Of a DNA stretch of 64,000 nt, positions 24,857 through 37,549 are shown piece after piece. The notes below the pieces were generated by a model. That model saw only the letters and a program-made list of their open reading frames with translations, had not been told where the DNA came from and did no database searches. Made by a program: the position numbers and the translations under genes. Source of the stretch: Mytilus californianus (lineage: Eukaryota); NCBI RefSeq assembly GCF_021869535.1, contig NW_026262723.1:67208001-67272000 (forward strand). Direction: 5' to 3'. Positions within the stretch are counted from its first letter, which is position 1. Every line of letters starts with the position of its first letter.

Positions 24857-27800
24857 ATGACAAATATCATTCAATGGAATTGGCGAGGTCTTAAAATAAA
24901 TCTTCTCGAGTTAACGCTTCTAGTTCAGTCGTTTTTACCTATTGCATTGTGTCTTCAAAAACTCATCTAAAAGAAAGTGACAATGTATCTTTAAAAGGAT
25001 ACAACATCTATAGCACATTTTCTAAGGAAGCCGAACGTGCTGCAGGCGGATCAACCATTTTTGTGAAGGACAACGTCATTCATAGCACAGTCCAACTCAC
25101 CACAGATCTGCAGGCAGTTGCAATTCGTTTATCTTTAGATAAAACAATTACATTATGTTCTATATGTATTCCACCTAATTCAACTATAGATAAAGCTAAA
25201 CTCAAAATCTCACTGATCAGTTACCTTCACCTTTTATACTTGTGGGGAAGCAAGTCTCATAATGCCAAAGGTAAGATCATTGAAGACTTTGTCTCTCAAG
25301 AAGGAGTATGCATTTTTAATGATGGATTTAATACTTATCTTCACCCTGGAAACGGGTCTTATTCTGCTATTGATATAGCTATTTGCGATCCGTCTCTTCT
25401 TTTGGATTATTCATGGCGTGTCCATGATGATCTATGTGGAAGTGATCACTTCCCAATAATTTTGAACATCTTTTTACTTCTGCTCAACAGAGAGTACCAC
25501 GTTGGAAACTGGACAAGGCGGACTGGCCCTTGTTTGAGAATCTCTGTCAAGCGGAACTTCAGTCAAAGATGTTTGAGACTACAAGATCCAATTTTAACTT
25601 TTAACAAAGTTTTAACGTCAATTGCTGACAAAACAATTCCTAAGACCTCGGCAAATCCGAAACATCCCAGCAAACCATGGTTTGATGACGCTTGTGATCA
25701 AGCCATAGATGACCGTAACAAATCTGAAAGACGGTTCAATCAACATCCTACGACGGAAAATTTAAGTAATTTCCGTATGTTTCGCGCTAAGGCACGGCGG
25801 ACTTGCAGGCAAGCACGACAGACGTCTTGGAAAAAATTTGTCTCGGGGATAACATCTCGCACTCCGATGACAAAAGTATGGAACATGATACAAAAGATAA
25901 AAGGTAAAAATTCTAAAGCCACGGTAAAACATTTGAAAGATGGTAATAATTTATATACATCTGAAAAAGATATTGCCAACAAGCTTGGTGAAACTTTTGC
26001 GAAATCTTCTTCTTCTAACAACTACAGGGAAGATTTTAAAAAAGTTAAAAAACAAAAAAGAAGAAAGAAAGTTGAACTTTAAATCGAAAAATGGTGAAAA
26101 TTATAATAAACTCTTTTCTCTGGAAGAACTTAAAACATCTCTGTCAAAAGCCCATTACACAGCTTGTGGGCCTGATAATATTCACTACCAACTTTTAAAA
26201 CACTTGCCAGATTCCTTGCTGGAAGCTCTTTTGCAGCTCATGAATAACATCTGGGAATCTGGTGATTTACCATCAATTTAGAAGCTTGCAACTGTCGTGC
26301 TTATTCCAAAACCAAGTAAAGATCACACGGATCCTATTAACTATCGACCAATTGCTCTTACCAGTTGTGTCTGTAAAACACTAGAACGGATGGTCTCAAT
26401 GATCGCCTTGTTTGGTTCCTGGAATCAAAATGGCACTACATTGAAGTATGGTATTTTAAAAGATCTTTTTGATATGGGGTTGAAAGGCAATATGCCAAAT
26501 TTTATTTCGAATTTTCTGTCTAACAGACAATTTAATGTTAGAGTCAATTCAACCATGTCTGATCTGTATGATCAAGAGATGGGTGTCCCTCAGGGGAGTA
26601 TTTTATCTGTTACATTATTTAGTCTTAAAATTAACAGCCTTGTTGAAGTTTTGAAAAGTAATATTGAAGGTTCATTGTACGTTGATGATTTTTTAATATG
26701 TTACAGAAGCAAAAATATGAATAACATAGAACGACAATTACAATTATGTCTTGGAAGAATTGAAAAATGGGCCTCGGAAAATGGTTTTAAATTTTCTACT
26801 TCAAAAACGGTTGGGATGCATTTTTGTAACAAAAGGAAATTGCATCTTGATCCAGAACTCACCTTATGCGGAAACCCAATTAAAAATGGTTGATGAAATC
26901 AAATTTCTTAAGTTAGTTTTCGATAAAAAGTTAACCTTTCTACCCATATCAAAATGTTAAAATCGAGATGTTTAAAAGCATTAGATATTTTAAAAGTTGT
27001 CGGCAGCACTGACTGTTAATCCCATTTATGAAGATATATTTTCAAATCATGAAAATAAAATTCCTCCATTAGGAATTCGTTTAAAACCACATTTAACCAC
27101 TTTTGATTTAAAATCTGTTACACAAGTTGAAACTTGCAAATGTCCTCCATGGGAACTTCCCAAACCGAAAATGATTTTTGATCTCCGTAAATACAAAAAA
27201 ACGGAAACACACCCTCTTTTAATTCAATAACATTTTGCTGAAAATAAGGCAAATTATTCAGATTTTCCAACTTTTTATACAGATGGATCGAAAGATGGTA
27301 ACCGAGTTGCATCTGCTGCTGTCTTTGGAGACAGACTTGCGACTCTCCGTTTGTCATCTGCCGCATCCATATTTACTGCTGAAGCAAAGGCAATAAGTTT
27401 GGCTTTGAAATTTATTGCTACTTCAGACAAATCCAAATTTATTATATGTTCTGATTCACTTTTATGCTTACAAGCAATACAACATACTAAAATTAAAAAC
27501 CCGATAATTCTCAAGATTTCATATGTAAAAAGGAATTTAAAAATTCTTCATAAAGAAATAAGTTTTCTATGGGTTCCGAGTCGATGTTGGAATCCATGGA
27601 AACACGGTTGTGGACCAGGAAGCAAAAAATGCCCTGGATGATCCTTTATCTAACTGTGATATACCATATAATGATTTTAGATCTAATATTAGATAATATG
27701 TTTTTAATATTTTGGAAAATGAATGGAGTAAAAAAGATGATAATACATGAAATTAAACCTAAATTAGGTAAACCTTTTAATAATTTAATGTGCAGAAAAG

Positions 27801-28030
27801 ATCAGTGTGTTATTTCTAGATGCCGTATTGGTCATACTAGAATAACACATGAGTATCTTCTGAAAAATGAAGAAGAACCACAATGTATACCTTGCAACTG
27901 CAAGTATACTATTAAACATGTTAAATATATTGACTTTGCTGATATTCGTAGGAAGCATTTCAATGTCAATAATATGTATGATTTATTTGATAGTGTTCCA
28001 ATTACAAATATTATTTAAATCTTAAAAGAA
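24857..28030 (+). pseudogene. LINE ORF2: APE endonuclease, reverse transcriptase, RNase H; disrupted and internally deleted
   Basis: MTNIIQWN; CGSDHFPII; NYRPIALTSCVCKTLERM; GVPQGSILS; LYVDDF; YTDGSKDG; FLWVPS; RCRIGHTRITH. Confidence 0.92.
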
Positions 28031-28294
28031 GTTGGAGTATATTATAAAATAAAAAAATGTTGTAAAATATTATAAAATATTTTAATTTTTATCATCTTAT
28101 CTTAGTGTTGAATTTTATTTGTAAATAAACAATTTTGCTTTAGACTTGAGTTTTAGTATATTGAAAGACCTTTTGTCTGATTTTAAAAATATACCTTAAA
28201 TTGTAAAAATATTTGAATTAGCTCTAGCCGCAATATACATGTAGCCATTTTGCGATAAGGCGGCGTAATGCAAGCACAAATCAATCAATTAATC

Positions 28295-28700
28295 AGAAAC
28301 TAGTATCTGAATACCTTAAATCGACTGATTATGAAGTAGAAAAATGCACGAATTTACTGACGATTGTGTATCCCAATATAAATCACACCATTACTTCAAT
28401 GAATTGTCGTTTGTACAAACAGATTATGCTCATTGCATTCTTAGAAATTTTTTCCGAAACATCACACGACAAGGGTGTACAAGATGCAACCGGGTAATTC
28501 GTCAAGAATCTAGCCGATTTCACCGTAATGCACAGAAAAGCTGTTACACAAAATGCGCTCATAATTTATACACGTTTAAAATTGATAACTTGTCTAATCC
28601 GATAAAGTCGCCTGGTTTAGTAAAATGTCGGCTGTTCAAATACAAAGAGAATGTGCCACTAAATAAATCGCCAATTCAGACCTATACTAAATGTTCGAAA
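28295..28700 (+). pseudogene. CMC-type transposase relic, 3' part (continuation of 21480-22640)
   Basis: QKLVSEYLKSTDYEVEK-MHEFTDDCVSQYKSHHYF resembles the HEFTDGC..QYKS catalytic-D motif. Confidence 0.65.
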
Positions 28701-28714
28701 ACTACATCAAGTTA

Positions 28715-31650
28715 CAGTGTTTTCAATAAGAGCCGGCGACCGACAAAATCCGCCGCCTATTGCGTGTATTGTGCCGGCTATTATGAATTGACAAAAATAT
28801 GACAGACCCGAAAATCGCGTTGTCGGGATCTGTCGCACATCTTTTTTCTACTGACTGGTTCCAAGTCGTCCGCCAGTCGTAAATAATACAAAGTAAACGT
28901 ACACCAGTTTCAAATCTTTTGAGCGTTTGAAACAAGGCGATAAAATTTGTACAAATTGAGATTGATTTTGACGCGGATATTTTAAGACTGCTCGTATTCA
29001 AACATGAAGAGAACGATAACTGATTTCTTTCAGCGACAGCGTGAGCCAGCTTTAAAACAGAGCAAAGGTAAGAAAGCTTAGTGTATTCTTACATGGATTT
29101 AAACATGTGTTCATTTATGTATCGTATTGTATAATCGCCAGAGTATAAAGTAAAATTAAACACGGTGAAATCAGTCTGCATCTGACAAATGGATTAAAAA
29201 ACCCAGAGATACTGTCTGTAATCGTATTCGATTTCTGGGACTGAGTGTAACTTGATAAACTGTCGACACTACATAATTCCTATTTTCTAAATTTAAAATT
29301 TATTATTTTTCTACCCATATTTTGTCAGTTGCTTACTGCAGGTTGACAGTTTCCTCAAGCAGCTCTAGTTTCCTCTGCCAATAAAACTAACCGTCCTGCA
29401 ATAACCCAAATGGTGTTGAAACCCAAATCAAGATGAAGTAACCCAAAACGGTGTTGAAAATCCAATTAATCAAAAACAGATGTTCTCTATGGTTTATACT
29501 TTTCTCGTTTGAATTGTTTTACATTTGTCATTTCGAGGTCATTTATAGCTGACTATGCGGTATGGGTTTTACTCATTGTTGAAGGCCGTATAGTGACCTG
29601 TAGTTGTTAATTTCTGTGCCATTTGGTCTGTTGTTGAGAGTTGTCTCATTAACAATCATACCACATATTCTTATTTTTATATAAAAATTTTAGTTTGTGT
29701 CCAATCTCTTGTAGGTCAAGAGGACCCAGCTCCTGAAGTGGATTTGAATCACAACAGTATTCCGGTGACACAATGCAGTTCCAAAGTCCAATGTTTCCCA
29801 TGACGTGGAGTGCAGTTCAACAGTTGAATCAGTTCGAGAAGAAATTTTCATTCTAAATCCAAGTCTGTCAGAAAATGAACATAATAAACTTATAGAAACT
29901 AATTTTCCTGATACTGACAGAAATAAAATTCATCATTATGTGTTGTGTCGTCAACAGGATTGTTGTTACTTTTCAGCAGTGGAAAAAAAAATCAATTGGC
30001 ATTAAAAGATATATTTGAACATTCATGGTTAACCACAAAAACTCTTGTCATTTTGCCCCGTAACACGGCTATGAAATTTCATATTTGTAAAGGAACAGGG
30101 AGTTCATTGTTTACTTTGTAAAAAAATTAATATGAAAAATTCAAGAAATAAATCATCTGTATTTGAAGAGGAACCTAGTAAAAGATTTCGAAAACTTGCT
30201 ATGCAGGATCACCTTAAGAGCAAGAAAGACGAGGCTGCAAAGTATAGTGAATTATTAAATCGAGTGTCTGTGTTCCAGAAAGAAATGGATCACAAAGTAG
30301 AGGTCAATAAAAAAATCATATTTCAAGCCTTCTATTCACACTTGTTTATAGCAGATCAAATTATTTCTAACTTTAAAAATAACAAGCTACTGAAGTTTAT
30401 CGAACATAGGTTTTAGTGATCTTATATATTTTAGCCACATATCAGCTGGTTCACAACGAGAAATTGCCCTTACGATTGCAGATACTTTGAAAAACAGTTT
30501 AATTGACAAATTACAACAAGTACATTGTTATGGTTTAATGATTGATGATCTTTCAGATGTCTCATCATTAGAACAGATGATTACATACATTCAATAAATT
30601 GACTAAATTACTAAAACTGTGCTAGTTGCTTCCCTTTGCATTGCAAATTAATTACAAAACTGTTGAGTCTGCTAATTCAGAAACTTTATTCACGGTATTG
30701 ATTGAAAACCTAGAATCCATGAAGCTAGACATTAAAAAAGTTTCAGGATTGTGCACCGATGGAGCTAGTGTGATGCTCGGTAAAAAGGAAGGGTTGGGTG
30801 TTAAACTGAAAAAAACAGAACAGTTCACTTATTGCAACTAATTGTGTTTGCCATCGTCTCGCCCTGGCCTGTACTGAGACAAACTCATCCCTCAAATATA
30901 TTGGCAATGTTGAAACCTACATGCTTCAACTGAGGAAGTTATTTCATTGTTCGCCTAAGAAGATGGCATCTTTTCTTAAACATCTTGAGGGTTACCGAAA
31001 CTTGAACATTTCTGTCAGGCCATCGACAGATATCAGAAAGTAAATCTCCAATAAATGTAGCAAAAGAGGAACTCAAACCTGGTGGTAGATTAGAACTGCT
31101 TGGAATGTCTCTTAATGATTTTACAGAGAAGCAACTTGGTCAAACACTCACTAATTATATATATCAGCACTTATTGAAAACGTGGAAAAACGTTTTCTGG
31201 AAACATACCTATTTTAAGTGCTTTAAACATTTTCAATGCATGAATTGTTCAGAGTCCTGAGTTTTTTAACTATGGAGATGAGTATATCTGTGTCATTAAC
31301 AAACAATTTTATGAGGCATCAGTAACATCAATTGATGAATTAAAAGCTGAGTGGAACTTGATTAAATATCACTTGCAAAAACTGACAGCTAAAGTACCTG
31401 AAATAAATGGAATCACTCCACTAGAATGGTGTTTAATGGAGATTATTGATAGTAGACATGCATATAATTACGTGTGTCCTAGCCTGACATGACTGGTTGA
31501 AATAATATTGACTCTTCCAGTGTCTAATGCTTGGCCTGAGAGAGGCGCATCCAAGTCTAGCTCATAAAAACAGATCTGCGAAACAGGCTCAAAAATGATA
31601 TGTTGAATGGGTTATTATGTGTTACAGTGAATTGGCTTAGGACTGGAGAA
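28715..31650 (+). pseudogene. hAT (ZNF862-like) transposon with a decayed, intron-containing transposase
   Basis: Likely left end CAGTGTTTTCAATAAG. Exon 1 at 29004-29067 (MKRTITDFFQ..., GTAAGA donor). Motifs CYGLMIDDLSDVSSLEQMI, CTDGASVMLGKKEG, VCHRLALAC and LTLPVSNAWPERGAS. Confidence 0.85.
29490..29682 (+). mobile_element. Short interspersed non-autonomous repeat ending GTTGTCTCATT..CAATCATACCACAT..TT
   Basis: Same family recurs at 47160-47410 (+), 53290-53425 (-) and as a remnant at 11936-11980. Confidence 0.7.
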
Positions 31651-31690
31651 AACTTCCTTTCAGTGCCAAATGCAAAGGTAACTATTTGAC

Positions 31691-32071
31691 AAAAAATGAA
31701 AACAACACGTTATCAGTTTCATGCGTTCGAAGCGCTTTTCTGGATTTATCTTCATCAGGAACGCTCAAGGCCGAATGTTTCAAAGCCAAGGATGTATAAG
31801 GACCGAAAACGTTGAAGAGCTATAAACCAAAAAGGACCTAAAAAATAGCTAAATCCATCTAAGGCCAACTTTGCCTAAGGGAGTTGAAACCTTAGTTTCT
31901 GTATAATTTAAAAATTTATAAACCGGCAATTTCAGATGGTTTGTTATAAATCATGTCAGTACCGAAGTACTAACTACTGAGCTGGTGATACCCTCGGGGA
32001 CTGATGTCGACCAGCAGAGGTATCGACTCAGTGCTGTAAAAAATGAAAACAACACGTTATCAATTTCATGC
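31691..32071 (-). ncRNA. Retrozyme monomer (347-bp unit plus 34-bp terminal direct repeat) with a minimal type I hammerhead ribozyme (family 2)
   Basis: Minus strand reads GCGTTC-CTGATGA-AGATAAATCCA-GAAA-A-GCGC-T-TC-GAACGC at 31723-31764, with a perfect 6-bp stem I and the AAGCGCTT palindrome. 31691-31724 is repeated at 32038-32071. Confidence 0.85.
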
Positions 32072-32098
32072 CACCGGCTCATTTGCCAGTGTCAGTTA

Positions 32099-32232
32099 GA
32101 GCTTTTGCAATCACTTAGCATCCTTGTTTGTACAGAGAAAACTTTTCACATTTTCATCTTCTTCTCTGAAACTGCTATGACGATTTTTAACCTTTACATT
32201 CAAGGTGAGCGATTCAGGTTAAGAGGAGCATC
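32099..32232 (+). mobile_element. Miniature HINE-type element
   Basis: GCTTTTGCAATCACTT...AGGTGAGCGATTCAGG, collinear with the ends of 2567-3890. Confidence 0.55.
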
Positions 32233-33602
32233 CAGGATTTGTTTCCTTGAAGATTCAACACAATTTTGAATTTTTTTTAATTAACATGCACAGCTTACTA
32301 TAAACTACATTAAAACTCATTATCGAAGGCTTCACTGCAAATGTAGACTAGAATGAAGAACACCAACCAAAGCATTGTTCCATACTATAATGTATACTGC
32401 ATTATCTGCTATAAATTATGCATAGATTATGCATTAGGTTTTTTCTCAATTACAATTATTTCCATTTCACATAGATTAAAATGAAATGTTCATTCTTGTA
32501 ATAATATATACTGACAGGTGGACTCACTGATTTTTTAATTTATTTTGAACTCACTGATTTTTAATTCTTTTTGAACACCAAAAATTCTTCAATATTTGCC
32601 AACAACAGATCACTCCTATCCAGTAATTAGATTATGGATGATATATAAATTTATGTACAAAATCCAAAGTAATAATGGTCTTTATTGTCTTTTTGCCATA
32701 GTGGCATGTAACTTTTTAAACAGTCACATTATACTTCTATTTCATTCTAAAATTCTAGTTTTAGGACAGGAAATCCAAAATAAAACTGTCTTAATGGAAG
32801 CAGAAACACAGACTGATCAACAAATTGATGTTGTAGAGGGGCCTGACCCCATTATAATATACAGACGAAATAACTGCCGATTACAAAATTTTGATATGCG
32901 TTGGCGAAAAAATAGAATTGATGACTGGGGATGAACTTTTCCTGATTGTTCATCTGTAATTAAACTTGAGGCTTTTTCTTCGATAAAGTTAACAGTGATA
33001 GATTTAGATAAAAGTTGAGAAAAAACTAGATAAGCAATTGTACCGTCACAGTCAGTTAGATTTATTTGGTTTTATATTGACAACGGACATGTTAATATTG
33101 ATATTATCGAAGACACACATTTTAAGTAATTGGAAGCATACTCGTCAAAGGAGTAATATACAAAAATGTACACTGAATCATCATTTCTATCTTTTAAGCT
33201 TGGCGAGAAATACAAGAAAACAAGTGGTCGAAATTTGATTTATTTATTTTATGCGAACTATCACCCAAAATATTTAATTATGCAACTTCGACAATTTCTG
33301 TTTTTCCCTTTTTTGTTCCGCGTTAAATTTTCATTCAGCACGATAACGTCCTACTGTTCTCGATTTAAATTATTTTTTCTTGTGGTCTAAATCATCTATG
33401 GATAGGGAGGAACCTGTTGATGATGTTTCTCTTTGAGATATCATTAATGCAGTAAAAGAAAAAAGGTTACATTTATTCAACGCACAAAGAATTGTCTGGT
33501 TTTTAAAAAAAATAAGGTCACGGATGACCTTTGTGTCTGTTTCATTCCAAGTTAAAACAGAAAAATTTAACAATATCAAAAGTATAAATGGAAATACAAA
33601 CT

Positions 33603-33742
33603 ATGAATAAAATTGTTGACGAGGTCAAAAAGTGTAACTACCTGACTCAAATTGCCGATCGAAGTGAAGCCGGTTGGGAAACCGTTAAACAATATGTGGC
33701 CAGTGATAAGGACCACGAAAATAATGTCAACGAGGCTTCGTA
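33603..33742 (+). pseudogene. DIRS/Ngaro-like ORF1 (gag) fragment
   Basis: IADRSEAGWETVKQYVASD resembles the IAD.SE.GW.TV..Y...ASD motif of YR retrotransposon ORF1. Confidence 0.6.
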
Positions 33743-34038
33743 AATAAGAAAGACGCAAAGAAAGCTACATACTTCAGGTCCTTCTGTCATGTCTTGTGTT
33801 GCAGCTTATTCCATCAGCAGCTCTTTTGTGACCCCAACCTGGTTTTCAAACGTAACACTTTACTCAGACATGCCCCACACCAGCAGCGGGAATCCTAAAA
33901 AGATAGAAAGAGCCTGTTACGATGGGTTCAATGCAGCATTAGAAAAATAGATACCCTTTCGATCCGAAGCTTACACCCCAGTTCTATTGTTATACTTCAT
34001 AGTTTCTATTTCTGAAACAAGTGTAAATTGAATAGATC

Positions 34039-34873
34039 TATTGTTACGAATAACAATGGATTTTGACCACAGGGTGTGACGAGCGGGGTTTCTGGAAACC
34101 CCTGCTTCTACATCCCGCAAACAAAGTCCATTGTTATTAGAGGTCGGTCATTTAAAAACGTATCAACCGTATCATATTCGTTGACGTATACGCATCTGCA
34201 TATATACCAAAAAATATTATGTGATCCCGAGCTTAAGACTATTATACGTTGAGCTTCATTTTTTTTTTAATCAAATTGGATCCTATTCGAAACAATCAAA
34301 CACAAACTTTCAATATTTGCGATGATGGTGTTTTGCAAAAAAGGGCGTCTATCAACGACTCCTGCATGCTCTCGGAAAGGAGCGAATGTGGGGCAGTGAC
34401 ACGAATCCTTTTATAAAACGCGTAAATATATTGCAAGTTCTTACCTGAATAAACACAAAAAAAAATCAAATGTACTACATGTTCCACAAAAATCGATATT
34501 TCCTAATTGTTTCACGTGAAAAATATATATCAAGCATATCTTTGAAATGTATGTTAATAATATTATACACATTGTATGTACACATCGTAAGTGCATGCGT
34601 TTCATATCCGTCTTCCCATGTAGTAAACGACATTTAAATCATATGAAATTGAAGCAAACACATTCAAGACGTTTTCCAAAAATTAAGTCAGATACACAAT
34701 TATATACTAGCATTAGAAATTAATCAGTTGCCCATCTGCATTATTGAAAGTATATATACAATTAAAGCTCGGGATAACATACTGTTTTTGGTATATCTGC
34801 AGATGCGTATACGTCAACGTATATGATACGGTAGATACGTCTCTAAATGACCGACCTCTATTCGTAACAATAG
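34039..34873. mobile_element. Small MITE (TIR TATTGTTACGAATAACAATGGA) interrupted by a 721-bp TIR element
   Basis: The outer right TIR is split. The inner element 34139-34859 has ~75-bp TIRs (AGAGGTCGGTCATTTA.../...TAAATGACCGACCTCT) and an ATT duplication. Confidence 0.85.
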
Positions 34874-35133
34874 AAATTGATTATTTTTTAAATAGCATGA
34901 ACATAAGAAATTACTAATAGTGTTCACTACAAATTGTTTCATGATATTAAAAAAAACACATTTTAGGAAATTCCATTAAGCATCTATATGGAATACAAAA
35001 ATAATCCTTTAAATACTCTTTTGCTCGAAGGTAATTTTTTTTTATCCCAGTCATGTCTCTATTCTAAAGCATTGATCTTTAAAAAAAAATTGGGATTCTA
35101 ACTCCCGGACCCCCCCCCCCCCCCCTGGTTACC

Positions 35134-35267
35134 AAGTGGCTGATCCGGGGCTGGGGGTTCCGCGGGTTGGACCCGACTTTTATTTAAAACATCAATGCAT
35201 TTGAATGGTTGGAACCCCCACCCGCTTTTTCTCTTGAGTTGGAAACCCCCGGCTGGATCAGCCCCTG
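35134..35267. mobile_element. Short MITE with (C/A)AG(T/G)GGCTGATCC TIRs
   Basis: AAGTGGCTGATCC (35134-35146) versus GGATCAGCCCCTG (35255-35267). Confidence 0.6.
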
Positions 35268-35893
35268 ATTGCCCTTAAAGGGAGTTCCTCTATATTTAAT
35301 ATTGTATGTTAAGCGTGTCTGATAGTTTGGTTTCTAATGCAGACACACCTATCCCTTAGTATGTTCGAATATGAATGTTTGTTTATTCTCGAGAAGAGGG
35401 GGGGGGGGGGGGGTTTGTTTTTGATAAAATCGTAAAATATAAAATACAGTTATGATTACCTTTATTAAACTGATACAGGTAAGTACTTTGGGTTATACCA
35501 TTGCCTTTATCTGTAGTCTCTTCTACCAAATCCAACGCTTGACTCAAAATGTCGTCCGTCGTATACCCGTCCATATTGACAACTGTATACCAGGAGCATG
35601 ATGTATTTTTTTGTTTGTAATAAGAATACACGAAACAGTCAACCTTGACCTGCTGATCCATATTAGCACATGGATTTAACGGGAATATGCAAAACAACTT
35701 TGACATTTGTAAAATATACTCACTTGTCAAAGTTTGAACGAAGATACCCAAAGAAAGTTTACTAATGGGGTTTCATGTAAAAAAAAAAGTTTTTCTTATA
35801 AATCATGGTTTGATATTGTCAATAAATATGCTATCGTGTTTTCTTCATTTAATAATCAATGTTAACAAATATAGTTTAGAATGGGGTGTAAGT

Positions 35894-35997
35894 TAGTTAT
35901 ACACCTCGGGATACGGCGTGTCTGGATAAGAAACCCCTCCGGCCTCCGGCCGACGGGGTTTCTTATCCAGACACACCTATCCCGAGGTGTATAACTA
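35894..35997. mobile_element. Palindromic (foldback) MITE
   Basis: Near-perfect ~44-bp inverted arms TAGTTATACACCTCGGGATA...AAACCCC around a 17-nt loop. Confidence 0.85.
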
Positions 35998-36169
35998 TTA
36001 CAGGAACCAAGTCTAAACCAGAATGAATTTGTCAAAAATTAGTATTTATAGTTCTGCAGAAAAAACTATCCACTCTATTCACTATTTTTCACATATTTGC
36101 TCTTTGTTTACTATGTTACACGTGAAAAAACCACCTGTGATATTTGGGTTGTTGGGGATATTCATTTCG

Positions 36170-36700
36170 GATTTCTTGAAACATTCAATTGGTTGCTGAT
36201 TTGAGAGGACTGTATGGCTACTGCCCATTATCTACAGAATTGGAAGCATTGTTATTTCCAGACACAGATGTAATTTGATGGTTTACGTCCCAAAATCTGT
36301 AGTTTAACTGGCAGTTTGCGGTGGTCATTATCTGATGGTCCCTCGATCTAGCTATCAAGACACTTGATATTCCTGTGCCCTGTAATTGACATAATGAAAA
36401 ACAGGTCAATGCCAACCCTCTTTAATCCAGTTTCACTGTAGCCTTAACACAATTGCTTGTATACCTTTTATTTTATACAGCATCTTTTTAAATACATGAT
36501 GACAGACCAGAGAGTATGTTTTTAACCATTAGCTGTGCTGCGTACCAGCTGTTGTCTTGTCTTTGCAACGGTTGTTTGGAGACTTGCTTAAAAGACTTTC
36601 AATATTTCGTTTAATGTGGGGACATCTAGCGTTTCAAATTCTGCATCAAAATTGTAATTCAGCCAACGACAGCCATGTAAGGTTTGTCCATTTTACAGAT
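36170..36700 (-). pseudogene. Crypton-type tyrosine recombinase relic, internally deleted
   Basis: Minus frames CVKATV and LKRVGIDLFFIMSITGHRNIKCLDS*IEGPSDNDHRKL fit the YR C-terminal TGH..SL..Y motif; also FETLDVPTLNEILKVF. Confidence 0.65.
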
Positions 36701-36731
36701 AATGTCGAAAAAATGAAAACACTTGATAAGA

Positions 36732-36845
36732 TTCCGAAGCGCTTTTCTAGACGAATATTTGAAAGCCAAGGCTGTATAAGAATCGAAACAGTTGAAGAGC
36801 TATGTACTTAGAAAAGTAATAGCCAAATCCATCCAAGGTCAACGA
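36732..36845 (-). repeat. Retrozyme family 2 remnant lacking the CUGAUGA half of the core
   Basis: CGAAGCGCTTTTCT...GAAAGCCAAGG.TGTATAAG...GTTGAAGAGCTAT matches 31728-31822 with a deletion. Confidence 0.65.
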
Positions 36846-37549
36846 CTAATTTCAATGGTTTGTTTAAATTGTTACATGTAGATTTGTTGAAAATTTTAAT
36901 ATGCATAAGGTGCTCGTAGGTAGCAAAGTCATTCCTGAAGGCGGAACATGGGAGGTCCATGTATTGCAATAAATGTTGTGAAATTGGATCTTCTTTCTAT
37001 AAATGTGCCAAAGTTTTCAACATATACACGTGTGATAAGAAAAAAAATTAAAGAATGGAAATACGAACTTTCCAACTATAGTATTATAGAGTAATAAAGA
37101 TGAAGAGCTGTGCCTAGTAAGATAGAAAGTATACTACCAGAGACATTGCCTTCAACAGTGTAAATTATAACATTAATTGTACGACAAATCATGAAAAAGA
37201 TGGAAAGAGAAATACCAAACCCAAAACGACCAATAAACAAATCGTATAGAAGTTTTATAGACCTGTCGATGATTAAGCCACAAATTATAGACAGAGGGCA
37301 CAAGAGAATGGCAAATTTGACAGTTATGAAACAACATTTTGACCTAGTAGAAGAAATTTTTTTGAAAATACTTCTTTCGGCCTGGTTATAACACAAAACA
37401 ATAGTACCAAATATGCTTTCGAAAAACCAATTAGAAGTAATTAATAGTTAATCAACTAATCACATAAAAAATATATTTTATTCAAAAAAATAACGAACTT
37501 CTATTCTTTAAAATATAGATATTTTGATATATATATATATATATATATA

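Larger units (their letters stand above)
22641..28294 (+). mobile_element. Full-length decayed Nimb/I-clade LINE (ORF1 + APE-RT-RNase H ORF2) with 11-bp TSD
   Basis: TSD AGAGACTAGTA (22630-22640) and AGAAACTAGTA (28295-28305); tail GCGGCGTAATGCAAGCACAAATCAATCAATTAATC. Confidence 0.9.

Noticed and set aside
31172-31186. CTTATTGAAAAC as the hAT right TIR
   Set aside because: It lies upstream of the hAT dimerisation-domain sequence, and such AT-rich 12-mers can match by chance.
32596-32934. 112-aa plus-strand ORF or possible exon
   Set aside because: No recognisable motif, no convincing donor site and no partner exons.
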